A stretch of DNA of 63,877 bases, the filler included, from Ferroacidibacillus organovorans (lineage in GTDB: Bacteria; Bacillota; Bacilli; Alicyclobacillales; SLC66): NCBI RefSeq assembly GCF_001642725.1. It is 4 parts of 4 records of this genome, joined end to end, with 100 filler letters (N's around TTAATTAATTAA, not from the genome) between each part and the next. Parts side by side here need not be neighbours in the genome. Positions count along the whole stretch, not along the records: positions 35,264 to 52,454 come from NZ_LSUQ01000057.1; 3 more parts are not named here. The stretch is one strand, 5' to 3'. Position numbers and translations under genes: made by a program. The notes under the pieces are model-generated. The model saw only the letters and a program-made list of their open reading frames with translations. It did no database searches and had not been told where the DNA came from. Below are positions 38,184 to 48,164 of the stretch, piece after piece; the stretch's first letter is position 1, and every line of letters begins with the position of its first letter.

Positions 38184-38633
38184 TTGAAAAAAGCAATCGT
38201 AGAACTCGCAAACGGCGGCACCATGGAGTTTGAGTTGTTTGAAAAAGAGGCGCCAGGCACTGTCGCAAACTTTGAGAAGCTCGCAAACTCCGGCTTTTAC
38301 GACGGTCTGTCCTTTCACCGTGTGATCCCCGGCTTCGTCGCTCAGGGCGGCTGCCCAAACGGCACAGGGACAGGGGGGCCTGGCTACACCATCAAGTGTG
38401 AGGTGGCAGGCAACCCACACATCCATCAGCGCGGGGCGCTCTCTATGGCACACGCCGGGCGCGATACGGGTGGCTCCCAGTTTTTTATTGTGCACGATCG
38501 CAAGTCGACGGCACACTTAGACGGCAATCACACCGTCTTCGGGCAGGTTTCAACCGGCGATCAACACATTGAAGCGATTCAACAAGGTGACCGGATGACG
38601 TCCATTCGTGTCGTCGAACTCCCGAGCGCCTAA
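38184..38633 (+). CDS. ppiB: Cyclophilin peptidyl-prolyl isomerase
   Basis: [19 protein letters not shown] and HTVFG motifs. Confidence 0.93.
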   Translation: MKKAIVELANGGTMEFELFEKEAPGTVANFEKLANSGFYDGLSFHRVIPGFVAQGGCPNGTGTGGPGYTIKCEVAGNPHIHQRGALSMAHAGRDTGGSQFFIVHDRKSTAHLDGNHTVFGQVSTGDQHIEAIQQGDRMTSIRVVELPSA

Positions 38634-38683
38634 CGCTGCACACAGCAGATTAAAAGCCGTCCATCTGATCAGGTGGACGGCTT

Positions 38684-39541
38684 TTAATGATCACCTGTCG
38701 CAATCGGCAGCGAATCGTCAGCACACCACTCGCTAAAACTCCCCACATATACGCGCGGTTGTTTCCCGATTTCAAAGAGTGCCATGGCAAGAACGCACGC
38801 TGTGACACCTGATCCACAAGAGACGCCAAGCGGTGCTCCATCGAGATACGGATCGAGAATATCCCGCAGTTCAGCTTCGTCGCGCAAGACCGCAGGGGCG
38901 CTGTAGAGGCTTGTAAAAGGAACGCACACCGCGCCTGGAATATGCCCCGCTTTGCGATCGATGGGCTCAATCTCGCCGCGATAGCGTTCAGGCGCGCGCG
39001 CGTCAAGCAGATGCTGCACACGACGTACCTGAGAAAGACGTTGGACGTCGGATTTGTCGAGAATCCATTCCGCTTTGAAGGTAGAAACGTACATAGGGGT
39101 TAACGGATCAGCCTGTGGAACAGCGCCAGTTTCAAGTACGCCGCCTGCCGCGTGCCACGCCGCGATGCCCCCCGTGAGAACGCGCACATCGTGATGACCG
39201 TATAACCGAAGCATCCACCAAAGGCGCGGTGCCATATCCCCCAACGCATCGTAGACGACTACTCGTGACGCTTCGGTGATTGATACACGCTGCAAGAACG
39301 CGGCAAACGCTGCTTCTTTTGGAAGCGGATGACGCCCTTCACCCGGTCGTGGCGGCCGCGATAAATCTTCTTCAAGGTCTGCATAGTGAGCACCTGGAAT
39401 GTGCCCCGCACGGTAGGCGTCACGTCCAGCGTCGGGCGCGCCGAGCGCAAAACGACAGTCGATGACGACCACACCCTGATCATCCAGATGCTGTAAAAGC
39501 CACGAAACACTGCACTGGGTTGCTGAACGTTCGCGATTCAT
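38684..39541 (-). CDS. Two-domain rhodanese sulfurtransferase (SseA-like)
   Basis: GHIPGA twice, CGSGVTAC and YVGSFSEW motifs. GGAGG RBS before 39541. Confidence 0.92.
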   Translation of the reverse strand: MNRERSATQCSVSWLLQHLDDQGVVVIDCRFALGAPDAGRDAYRAGHIPGAHYADLEEDLSRPPRPGEGRHPLPKEAAFAAFLQRVSITEASRVVVYDALGDMAPRLWWMLRLYGHHDVRVLTGGIAAWHAAGGVLETGAVPQADPLTPMYVSTFKAEWILDKSDVQRLSQVRRVQHLLDARAPERYRGEIEPIDRKAGHIPGAVCVPFTSLYSAPAVLRDEAELRDILDPYLDGAPLGVSCGSGVTACVLAMALFEIGKQPRVYVGSFSEWCADDSLPIATGDH

Positions 39542-39677
39542 TGTCCACCCTCCAAGGGATGCGCCAGGATTTGCCCCGCGACTTGCGTAGCGACAGGTTT
39601 CACAAGAAATGCTTCTTCGTTCTATTGTACAATGAAGTGGACGCACGTACATGCTTATGCACAAAAAGGAGGCACTT

Positions 39678-41048
39678 ATGGCATCGATTGAAGAAGAACT
39701 AGAGCGCGCGCGCGACGCGCAAATCGAGGAATTATCTTCTTTCTTGAGAATTCCAAGTATCAGCACGCTTTCTTCACAGCAAACCGAGATGAGACATGCC
39801 GCAGCATGGCTCGTCGAAAAAATAAAGAGGGCCGGTTTCACAGACGTTGAGGCGCTTGAAACAGGGGGTCACCCAGTCGTATTCGCATCCTTTCACGCAA
39901 GTGACGATGCGCCTACCATCCTCATGTACGGCCACTACGACGTGCAGCCAGTCGACCCCCTGGAACTCTGGACGACACCGCCATTTGAGCCTTCCATCCG
40001 CGATCATCAATTGTATGCGCGCGGCGCATCAGATGATAAGGGACCCGTTTTTCTCCACATCCTCGCACTCGAAGCGCTCATTCGCCGCAAAGAGTTGCAC
40101 GTCAATGTCAAACTGTGCATCGAAGGTGAAGAAGAGTGCGGCAGCACACACCTCCCCGCATTCCTTGAAAAGAATGCGGAACGCCTGCGCGCTGACGTGC
40201 TTTTGATCTCTGACACCACGATGGTAGGCCCGCTGCAGCCGGGAATTTGCTATGGCCTGCGCGGACTCTGCGCGCTCCAAGTTGACGTGAAGACAGCCAA
40301 CTCTGATCTGCACTCTGGACTCTACGGCGGCGCCGTGCCGAACGCACTACACGCAATCGTCGAACTGCTGGCGTCGCTTCACCGCGCGGATGGGAGCGTT
40401 GCCGTAGAAGGGTTTTATGATGAAGTGGTGAGTCTCACATCGGATGAGCGCGCCGCACTTGCCGAACTTCCCCACGATGATGAAGCGTATCGCAAAGCAC
40501 TCGGACTCACTGCACTTTACGGTGAAGAGGGCTATACGACGATCGAGCGGTCAACCGCCCGCCCAACGCTTGAGATCAATGGTCTCTACGGCGGCTTTCA
40601 AGGCGAGGGTACGAAAACAGTGATCCCACACGCGGCGCACGCAAAAATCACATGCCGTCTGGTCAATCAGCAATCCCCGGATGTCATTCAGGAAAAAGTG
40701 AAGGCGCACCTCTTGGCTCACGCGCCGAGCGGCGCGAAACTCACAGTGACATTGCAGGATACAGGCAATCCATATCTCGGATCGTTTGACTCCCCCGCCG
40801 TAGAACTCGCCAAACGGAGTTACGAGCACGCGTACGGAGTACAACCGCACATGACGCGGATGGGGGGGTCCATTCCAATCGTTGAAGTGTTTCACCGCGT
40901 TTTAAATCTCCCTGTCGTCCTCATGGGTTTTAGCCTGATGACAGAGAATTTCCACGCGCCAAACGAACACTTCTCGCTCGAAAACTTTGATCGCGGCATT
41001 CGCGCGCTCGTGCACTTTTATCGAGAGGCTGCCACTCAGCTCAAATAA
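39678..41048 (+). CDS. M20 family dipeptidase
   Basis: YGHYDVQP, RGASDDKG, EGEEE and HAPNE motifs. Confidence 0.93.
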   Translation: MASIEEELERARDAQIEELSSFLRIPSISTLSSQQTEMRHAAAWLVEKIKRAGFTDVEALETGGHPVVFASFHASDDAPTILMYGHYDVQPVDPLELWTTPPFEPSIRDHQLYARGASDDKGPVFLHILALEALIRRKELHVNVKLCIEGEEECGSTHLPAFLEKNAERLRADVLLISDTTMVGPLQPGICYGLRGLCALQVDVKTANSDLHSGLYGGAVPNALHAIVELLASLHRADGSVAVEGFYDEVVSLTSDERAALAELPHDDEAYRKALGLTALYGEEGYTTIERSTARPTLEINGLYGGFQGEGTKTVIPHAAHAKITCRLVNQQSPDVIQEKVKAHLLAHAPSGAKLTVTLQDTGNPYLGSFDSPAVELAKRSYEHAYGVQPHMTRMGGSIPIVEVFHRVLNLPVVLMGFSLMTENFHAPNEHFSLENFDRGIRALVHFYREAATQLK

Positions 41049-41125
41049 CACGCAAAAAAGAGCCACGCAGCTAACGTGCGCGGCTCTCCTATATTAATTT
41101 TATCCTGCGACTCCGTGGTGCTCAC

Positions 41126-42064
41126 TTACACCGCGCTGATCACCATCGCGGCTGCCATGACCATTAAGTAGATCAGCGAGAACTTGAACATCTCAGTTGC
41201 CCACGCCACGTCATCGGTCGCGCGATACCCGCGCACCGCTTTAACAATCCACCAGAGACCCAAAACAACTGCTGTGGCGAGATAAAGCAGGCCAACGGCG
41301 TGTGTAAAATAGAGCAGCGTCGACACAGGCAGAAGAAGAACCGTCCAAAAAACCATCTGACGCTTTGTCGCATCGAAACCGTATAAGACCGGAACGAGCG
41401 GGATACCCGCCGCCGCGTATTCTTTTACGCGTCTCATACCAAGCGCAAAAAAGTGTGGCGGTTGCCAAATAAACATGAATGCAAAGAGCAAGAAAGCACT
41501 CCAACTGAGCGAATTGCTCATCGCTGTCCATCCGATTAGCGGAGGCATTGCGCCGGATATACTTCCAATCACCGTACTGAGCGACGTGGTGCGTTTGGTA
41601 AGCCTCGTATAGACAATAACGTAAAAGAACAGTCCGATAAAGGCCATGAGCGCCGATAACCCATTCACATACAGGCCCAGCATCAAAATGCCGAGCGCCG
41701 CAAGCGCGGATCCGAGCGTAATCACAGACCATGCAGGAAGGCGATTGTTCGGAAGGGGTCTCTTCATCGTGCGCGACATCAGTTGGTCAATATCGCGGTC
41801 CATAAAGTTGTTCATCGCGCATCCACCCATGACGACAAGACTGCTGCCCGCCAAGGTTAGCATGGTGGTTGAGAACACTGGATGGCGCGTCGCGCCGAGC
41901 CAGATGCCAACGAACGTCATCATTGCATTTGACATCGTGATTCCCGGTTTTGTCACATTGATCAGATCGCGCATGATGCGCTGATACGCTTTCTTAGGGT
42001 CGATCTCGGCTAGCGCCATTGCCGTTGCATTTGCATCTGAAGAAATCACTGCCTGATCACTCAT
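41126..42064 (-). CDS. ctaB: Heme o synthase (protoheme IX farnesyltransferase)
   Basis: TKPGI, NNFMDRDID..M.RT..RP and WQPPHF motifs. Confidence 0.95.
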   Translation of the reverse strand: MSDQAVISSDANATAMALAEIDPKKAYQRIMRDLINVTKPGITMSNAMMTFVGIWLGATRHPVFSTTMLTLAGSSLVVMGGCAMNNFMDRDIDQLMSRTMKRPLPNNRLPAWSVITLGSALAALGILMLGLYVNGLSALMAFIGLFFYVIVYTRLTKRTTSLSTVIGSISGAMPPLIGWTAMSNSLSWSAFLLFAFMFIWQPPHFFALGMRRVKEYAAAGIPLVPVLYGFDATKRQMVFWTVLLLPVSTLLYFTHAVGLLYLATAVVLGLWWIVKAVRGYRATDDVAWATEMFKFSLIYLMVMAAAMVISAV

Positions 42065-42131
42065 CGATTCTACACCCCTTTGACTACAACTTCTGCGGGA
42101 CGGCACTCTCTTCTTTTACAAAAAATCAAGC

Positions 42132-43094
42132 TCAAGAGTGTGCCGCCACAAGCGCCTTTTCTCTCTTTTCGCGAACCTTAACACGCACCGACGCGAGATC
42201 AAGCAGCACAAGTGCCAAAAAGTACGCGACCACAGTTACCAACGCCGTGGCGCCTGCAAAGTGCAGCGTATCAGAAATCACGGACAGCTTGGTTTGCAGT
42301 GTGATGATACCGAGCACAATCTGATAAAACAATAGTCCGACCAAGGCGATCGACAACCCGCGATATTTTCCTTGTTTTGCAGACACGATCACAACCCACG
42401 CAACGGCCCCCGTCACAAGCGCTGTAAATCCAACATGCAAAATGAGCAAAAAGATCGATACGGTGAGGTTTGGCATAACGTGTTGGTGATGGCTCAAAAG
42501 GTATGCATTTTGCCCATACAAAGCCTCACTGTAGCCACCGTGACGGAAAAAACCGCCGATCAACGCCTGAACAAAAATCGTCGCGGTCGCCCACAGTACA
42601 GGCTTGCGAAACGGTTTCGCGTCGTTTGCCCGCGTCGCCAAATCCTGTTCGAGGTTTGCCGTTTTCAATTGCCGGTGCTCGCGCCACCCAACCGCCGTCA
42701 TCGCAGCGAGAACACCCAAGAGAATCATGCTATTCCCGACATCAATCGTCGTGAATGCGCCAGGCAATACAAGAACAACAATCAGCGCGCCAAGCACCAC
42801 CTGCGTCGCCAAAAAGAAGAAAGATAAGATCGAGAGTCGACGAACAAGGCGATCGCCACGGTGAACCCACCACATGCGTATAGCATTGACAGGAATGAGC
42901 ACACTAGCGAGAAACGCAACCAATCGATGAATGTACTCAACGAGTACCAAACCGTGCAGCGGCGGAATGAGCGTGCCGTCGCACAAAGGCCAATTCGGTC
43001 AGACAAAGCCTGCATTAAGCCCGACGACAAGCGCGCCGAGAACCGACAATAAGAAGAGAAAAACGGTTGTCGCAAGCGGCAACTTATATCCCAA
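42132..43094 (-). CDS. ctaA: Heme A synthase (type 1) with in-frame TGA at codon 32
   Basis: GAGGAGG RBS + TTG start gives MGYKLPL...GLNAGFV*PNWPLCDG...EYIHR... The TGA (42999-43001) replaces the first conserved Cys of C-x-x-W-P-x-C. The rest of the frame is intact, 320 codons. Confidence 0.85.
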
Positions 43095-43375
43095 GGGAGA
43101 GCCCCTCCTCACATGCATACAAAAAGACCATTATGCATGTCATCATGGCCTGCGATGCTTATTCTACTATGAATCAATCACCACAGAAAGCAGAAACATC
43201 CGCCTGCAGTTCCAGTAACATCAATCGTCCAGTCTCTACCTTCAAGCGAGGATGCATCCGTTCTGTAAGCGTTTTCTCCCTCCTCCACCAGACAAAAATT
43301 GCGCGCCAAGCGCATCGTCCACAATGAAAGATTCATAATATCAGCCTAACTATAGCACACCCCTATCCATATCGG

Positions 43376-44188
43376 TCAAGGTGAGAGCCGCCGAAGCGCA
43401 TCTTCTTGTTCATCATGTGTAGGTTCAATCACCGCACGCAGCGTCCAGTAACGCGCGAGTCCATGCTTGATATGCGTGATCAAGCGCTCCGACGAAGAAG
43501 CCGCTGCACAGCCAAACGATAAAAGATCCCCCACCGCGTCATCCGAAACGTGCGGCACCCACGCCTCCCGCCCAGTGGTTGCATGCTGATAAAACGAGCG
43601 AATCAACGCCGCGCGCGAAACGCTTGCAGGGGTCACATTGAGCGCAGCGCTAACCTGCACGACGCCGCGCAAACGCCGCTGCGCGAGCCCCGCGACTTTT
43701 ACCCCACCGATGTGCAGGTCATATCGCCCAGGGCAATAGGCCTGCGGAACCTCCCCCACTTCAATGGAGAGAGGCGAGAGTAATTCACAGAGCAGCTCCG
43801 CCATCGCGCGAAACGCGGTTTCAATCGGCACATCACGCGGTGTCATATACGTCAGATTCAGCACCCCGCGATCAAGCGGTACAGCCAGTCCGCCAAACGG
43901 GCGCACGACCGTCTCATAGCCAACCGCGCGCAGATGATCCTTACCTTTTTGCAGGAAAGGAAGCGCGCGCTCCCGTCCTCCAAGAAGTACCGTCGCTGGT
44001 CTTTGCCAAATATGAAAAAGAGGCGACTGCACGCGGCTCACGACGCGCGCAAATGCCTCTTGTCGAATTAACTCCGCCAATCCGTGAGAGCCTTTCTTAT
44101 GCTCCGTGACGTGAAACATCAGCGAGAGAGGTGACGCGACAGGCGCCAACTCTCTCACCCACGCACTTTTTTCTTGATCGCTCATCAT
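43376..44188 (-). CDS. Lipoate ligase family protein, LipL-like amidotransferase
   Basis: R..GGLAVPLD.GVLN, YCPG.YDL and KVAGLAQRR motifs. Confidence 0.8.
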   Translation of the reverse strand: MMSDQEKSAWVRELAPVASPLSLMFHVTEHKKGSHGLAELIRQEAFARVVSRVQSPLFHIWQRPATVLLGGRERALPFLQKGKDHLRAVGYETVVRPFGGLAVPLDRGVLNLTYMTPRDVPIETAFRAMAELLCELLSPLSIEVGEVPQAYCPGRYDLHIGGVKVAGLAQRRLRGVVQVSAALNVTPASVSRAALIRSFYQHATTGREAWVPHVSDDAVGDLLSFGCAAASSSERLITHIKHGLARYWTLRAVIEPTHDEQEDALRRLSP

Positions 44189-44200
44189 ACCGACTCACTT

Positions 44201-45307
44201 TCACAGTCGGATCTCTCGCTCAAGCGCTTTTGCATCGTGCGCCTCAAGCGCAATCTGCCCCGTGTTAATGCGCATGATTTCATCCGAAATCGGATGAAGC
44301 TGCGACACAAAGTCACGTGGATGATCGGCAAAAGAAAGCACATTCGAGACGCCAAGTCGGCGCGCGCCAGAGCGAATCTGTCCGAGGGTTGTTCCTATCA
44401 TCCCATTTTTTGAAACCTCTTGCACATCCGCGAAGTGACCCGGCCAAATCTGCATCTCGTCAGGATACGCCTGGAGCTCGCGCAGAATCGTGTTGGTCGT
44501 TTTTTCTGCCCACTCTTGCGCAACGCCTGGCAAGTCAGGAATTCCCACTTCGCCGACCATCAGCGCATCCCCCGTAAAAATCCCAAAGCGATCCAAGACC
44601 ACGAGGGAGTGTCCCGCTGCGTTCCCTTCCGTGTCAAGTGTGATAACCCGCGCATCAAGCGCGCCAAAGCGCAGCGTCCCCCGCTTCAGTCGCGTTACAC
44701 GCATATCTGTTTGATGAACCTCGCGCTGCACCATCAGATACTCCGCACGCGTCACCTCGAGCAGCGCTTTTGCACCCGAAATGTGATCCGTGTGAACGTG
44801 TGTGTCGAGCACAACCTCAATCTTGCTGTTCTCACGCTCGGCAAACGCGAGATACGGTTCAATAAAACGGATCGGATCGATCACGGTCACCCGATGCGCC
44901 GAGGCGAACGCATAGGAGAGACATCCCGTTGCCAGCCGCTGAAACTGTACGAGTTTGACCTGTGCGTTTACAAGCAAGGTCGATTCGATGACAAACTCAT
45001 CCCACGCTGTGTAGCCATCCAAAAGGACGGTCACTTCATAGCCCTTTTCCAAAAGGCGATCCGCGACCTTTTTTGCGGTGGCGTCGTGCAGCGTTAAAAA
45101 AATAACACAGGTGCGGGTGGGCAGGAGTTGATCATTGACCTCATCCGCTTGAAAGTCATAATAAGGCACATCGATCGCGGCGAGCGACCGCCCTTTGATC
45201 ATCCAGTTTTGAAACACGTTGCGCGACCGCACATCAAGCACACTGAACGTTTCGCCACGCATCATCCGCTCTGCCATGTCACGCAGCGCCATTGTCGTTA
45301 TCGCCAT
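44201..45307 (-). CDS. Rhodanese-like + MBL-fold hydrolase (YrkH / persulfide dioxygenase-like)
   Basis: N-terminal LDVR rhodanese fold, followed by GCLSY, DTHVHTDHISG, TGD and PGH motifs. Confidence 0.8.
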   Translation of the reverse strand: MAITTMALRDMAERMMRGETFSVLDVRSRNVFQNWMIKGRSLAAIDVPYYDFQADEVNDQLLPTRTCVIFLTLHDATAKKVADRLLEKGYEVTVLLDGYTAWDEFVIESTLLVNAQVKLVQFQRLATGCLSYAFASAHRVTVIDPIRFIEPYLAFAERENSKIEVVLDTHVHTDHISGAKALLEVTRAEYLMVQREVHQTDMRVTRLKRGTLRFGALDARVITLDTEGNAAGHSLVVLDRFGIFTGDALMVGEVGIPDLPGVAQEWAEKTTNTILRELQAYPDEMQIWPGHFADVQEVSKNGMIGTTLGQIRSGARRLGVSNVLSFADHPRDFVSQLHPISDEIMRINTGQIALEAHDAKALEREIRL

Positions 45308-45412
45308 AGGTGAACCCCCCATCGGTCTTGCGGCACGATGTTGCTCGTACTACTATGCGCCAGACCTTCACCCATCATGCGACGCGGCGGCACACCGTCC
45401 GCACACCGTTGC

Positions 45413-46555
45413 TCAAAGTGCTGCGAACGCTTGGCGGAAGTCCTCGATTAGATCCTCGATATCCTCAAGTCCCACCGACATGCGTAAAAGTCCCGCTGTT
45501 ATTCCGCGTTTCTGGCGTTCTTCCTCCGGCATCGCGGCGTGGGACATCCTGATTGGATAGGAGAGAATGCTCTCTACCGCACCAAGACTCACGGCAAACA
45601 GTGGCAGTTTCAGTCGCTTGACGAACGCGCGCACCGCATCCTCATCACGCAGTGTAAATGAGAGCAGCGCGCCAGGACCTGTCGCCTGACGCATGTGGGT
45701 AGCGTGACCCTCGTGCTCTTTAATCCCCGGGTAATAAATGCGTTGCACCTGCGGTTCTTCCCGCAAAAATGCAGCCAGGCGGATCGCCGTCGCTTCACTT
45801 TGCCGCATGCGCACGCCGAGCGTCTTGATGCCGCGCATGACGAGAAAACAGTCCTGCGGCCCGAGCACCGCGCCAAACCCGTTTTGAATCAGGTACATCT
45901 CCTGTGCGAGCGCGTCTGAATTCACCGTCGCGACACCCGCGATCACATCTGAGTGGCCGCCAAGAAACTTCGTTGCAGAGTGCAACACGATGTCTGCACC
46001 CAGTTCGTGCGGTTTTTGGAAATACGGTGTCATGAACGTATTGTCGACCATCGTCACGGCGCCGGCGCCTTTAGCAATCTCAGCACAAGCCCTTATGTCA
46101 ATGATTCTCATCGTCGGATTCGAAGGTGTTTCAAGATACACTGCCTTGGTGTTTGGTCGAAGTGCCCGCGCGATATTTTGCGGATCGGTCGCATCGACAA
46201 ACGTCGTCTCGATGCCAAGGCGTGTGAACACGCGTGTCAATGCGCGAAACGTGCCCCCGTAGAGATCCTCACAAGCGATGACGTGACTGCCCGAAGGGAG
46301 GATCAAAAGCGCAGCTGTGATCGCGGCCATCCCCGACGAGAAGGCAAATCCACGCACGCCCCCTTCGAGCGTCGCGACGATGTTCTCAAGCGCCGCGCGC
46401 GTTGGGTTCCCAGAGCGGGCATAGTCATAGAGAACCTCGTCGTCAAACCCCTGATGAAACGTGGACGCCTGATAAATGGGTACACTTGACGCGCCATACA
46501 GCGGATCGACCTCATTGCCTGTATGAAGATACTGCGTATCCGGCTTCATCTTCAT
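45413..46555 (-). CDS. metC: Cystathionine beta-lyase (PLP trans-sulfuration enzyme)
   Basis: YARSGNPTR and HSATKFLGGHSD motifs, second gene of a metI-metC pair. Confidence 0.8.
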   Translation of the reverse strand: MKMKPDTQYLHTGNEVDPLYGASSVPIYQASTFHQGFDDEVLYDYARSGNPTRAALENIVATLEGGVRGFAFSSGMAAITAALLILPSGSHVIACEDLYGGTFRALTRVFTRLGIETTFVDATDPQNIARALRPNTKAVYLETPSNPTMRIIDIRACAEIAKGAGAVTMVDNTFMTPYFQKPHELGADIVLHSATKFLGGHSDVIAGVATVNSDALAQEMYLIQNGFGAVLGPQDCFLVMRGIKTLGVRMRQSEATAIRLAAFLREEPQVQRIYYPGIKEHEGHATHMRQATGPGALLSFTLRDEDAVRAFVKRLKLPLFAVSLGAVESILSYPIRMSHAAMPEEERQKRGITAGLLRMSVGLEDIEDLIEDFRQAFAAL

Positions 46556-47715
46556 CGCGCGTGCACCTCCTTACCTGCCACCTCAAGCGCCTGCGCGAGA
46601 TCCGCCGTCAGATCATCCGAATGCTCAATACCGACAGAAAAACGCAGCAAGCGATTGGTGATGCCAAGGGCGCTGCGAATCGCTTCAGGGATGTCGGCGT
46701 GCGTCTGACGGGCTGGGAACGTGAGCAGTGACTCCACACCGCCAAGACTCTCGGCAAACGCGATCAACTGCAAACGTTCGAGAAACGGCGCCACCATCCG
46801 CTCGTCGATCACATCAAAGGAAACCATCCCACCGTACCCTGACGCTTGCCGCTCCTGCACCGTTTTGCCGGGGTGTGACGCAAGCCCTGGGTAATAAACT
46901 CGCTCAACCAGCGGATGCGCATCAAGAAAACGGGCGAGTTCCTGCGCGTTTTCCTCGTGTCGCTGCATCCGCAGTCCAAGCGTCTTCATTCCACGCATGA
47001 GAAGGTAGGAATCGTCCGGCCCTAAGACTGCGCCGATCGTGTTTTGATAAAAGTAGAGGCGATCCGCCATTTCTTTTGTTCGCGCAACGACGAGCCCAGC
47101 CAGCAGGTCGTTGTGTCCACCGAGGTATTTGGAGGCGGAGTGAAGGACGATGTCCGCGCCAAGCGTAAGCGGCTTTTGCATATACGGCGTCATAAACGTG
47201 TTGTCCACAATCGTCATCATGCCATGTTCGTTCGCGTATGCGATACACGCTGCGAGATCGGTGATTTTCATCGTCGGATTGGTCGGCGTCTCGATAAAAA
47301 GCGCTTTGGTCTGCGGCGTCGTCGCCTGCTCTAGCGCCCCTTCCAGCGCAAAATCAAGATAACTCACCGCGACGCCGAAACGCGCGAGCACCTGTTCGAA
47401 AAGCCGATACGTCCCGCCATACAAATCGTTTGACGCGATGACGTGATCGCCCGGTCCAAACAGGTTCATCACACAGGAAATCGCGGCCATCCCTGACGAA
47501 AACGCGAATCCGCGCTCGCCACCTTCAAGTAAGGCAATCCCGTCTTCAAGCGCCTGCCGCGTCGGGTTCGCCGTGCGCGCGTAGTCAAACCCGGTGCTCT
47601 CGCCAAGGCGTGGGTGGGCGTACGTCGTCGAGCGATGAACCGCAGAGACGATCGCGCCCGTAGAGGCGTCGCGCCGCGCGCCGAGTTGCGCCAACTTCGT
47701 CTCGATATGATCCAT
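46552..47715 (-). CDS. metI: Cystathionine gamma-synthase / O-acetylhomoserine thiolyase
   Basis: STGFDYARTANPTR, HSASKYLGGHND and QTHADIP motifs. Confidence 0.82.
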   Translation of the reverse strand: MDHIETKLAQLGARRDASTGAIVSAVHRSTTYAHPRLGESTGFDYARTANPTRQALEDGIALLEGGERGFAFSSGMAAISCVMNLFGPGDHVIASNDLYGGTYRLFEQVLARFGVAVSYLDFALEGALEQATTPQTKALFIETPTNPTMKITDLAACIAYANEHGMMTIVDNTFMTPYMQKPLTLGADIVLHSASKYLGGHNDLLAGLVVARTKEMADRLYFYQNTIGAVLGPDDSYLLMRGMKTLGLRMQRHEENAQELARFLDAHPLVERVYYPGLASHPGKTVQERQASGYGGMVSFDVIDERMVAPFLERLQLIAFAESLGGVESLLTFPARQTHADIPEAIRSALGITNRLLRFSVGIEHSDDLTADLAQALEVAGKEVHAR

Positions 47716-47728
47716 AAGCTGCCTCCTT

Positions 47729-48103
47729 TTAAAGTGAAAATGATGCGATCAACAACGTGATCCAGCCCGCCAGAAAAAACAAACCACCAAACGGCGTGAT
47801 CGCGCCTAATTTGCGGATCCCAGTCATCGCGAGCAGATACAAACTCCCGGAAAAAAGGATGATTCCGACTGCAAAAAGGACACCGGATGTCGTTAATAGC
47901 GAAGAGGAGCCTGTAGTCTGCCGAACAAGCGCGATTACCCCTACGATGACGATGGCGAGCCCGTGAATCAAGTGATACTGAATCCCCGTTTGATAAACGG
48001 CGAGTTGTGCCTGTTCAAGCCGCGCGCGCAGGGCGTGCGCCCCGAACGCCCCGAGCGCGACGGCGAGAAAGAGAAAAAGCGCTCCGAGTCCGATAAAATT
48101 CAA
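47729..48103 (-). CDS. DUF423 membrane protein
   Basis: GAFGAH, FSGSLY and GAITPFGG motifs. Confidence 0.9.
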   Translation of the reverse strand: MNFIGLGALFLFLAVALGAFGAHALRARLEQAQLAVYQTGIQYHLIHGLAIVIVGVIALVRQTTGSSSLLTTSGVLFAVGIILFSGSLYLLAMTGIRKLGAITPFGGLFFLAGWITLLIASFSL

Positions 48104-48164
48104 GTGAGTGCCTCCTCGTCAGCGATCTCATCCCATGCGGCGTGATCGTATGAGCCTTTTGCCG

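Noticed and set aside
47716..47730. S-box (SAM) riboswitch ahead of metI or metH
   Set aside because: There is no room: metI follows DUF423 by 13 bp and metH overlaps addA. No S-box consensus is seen.
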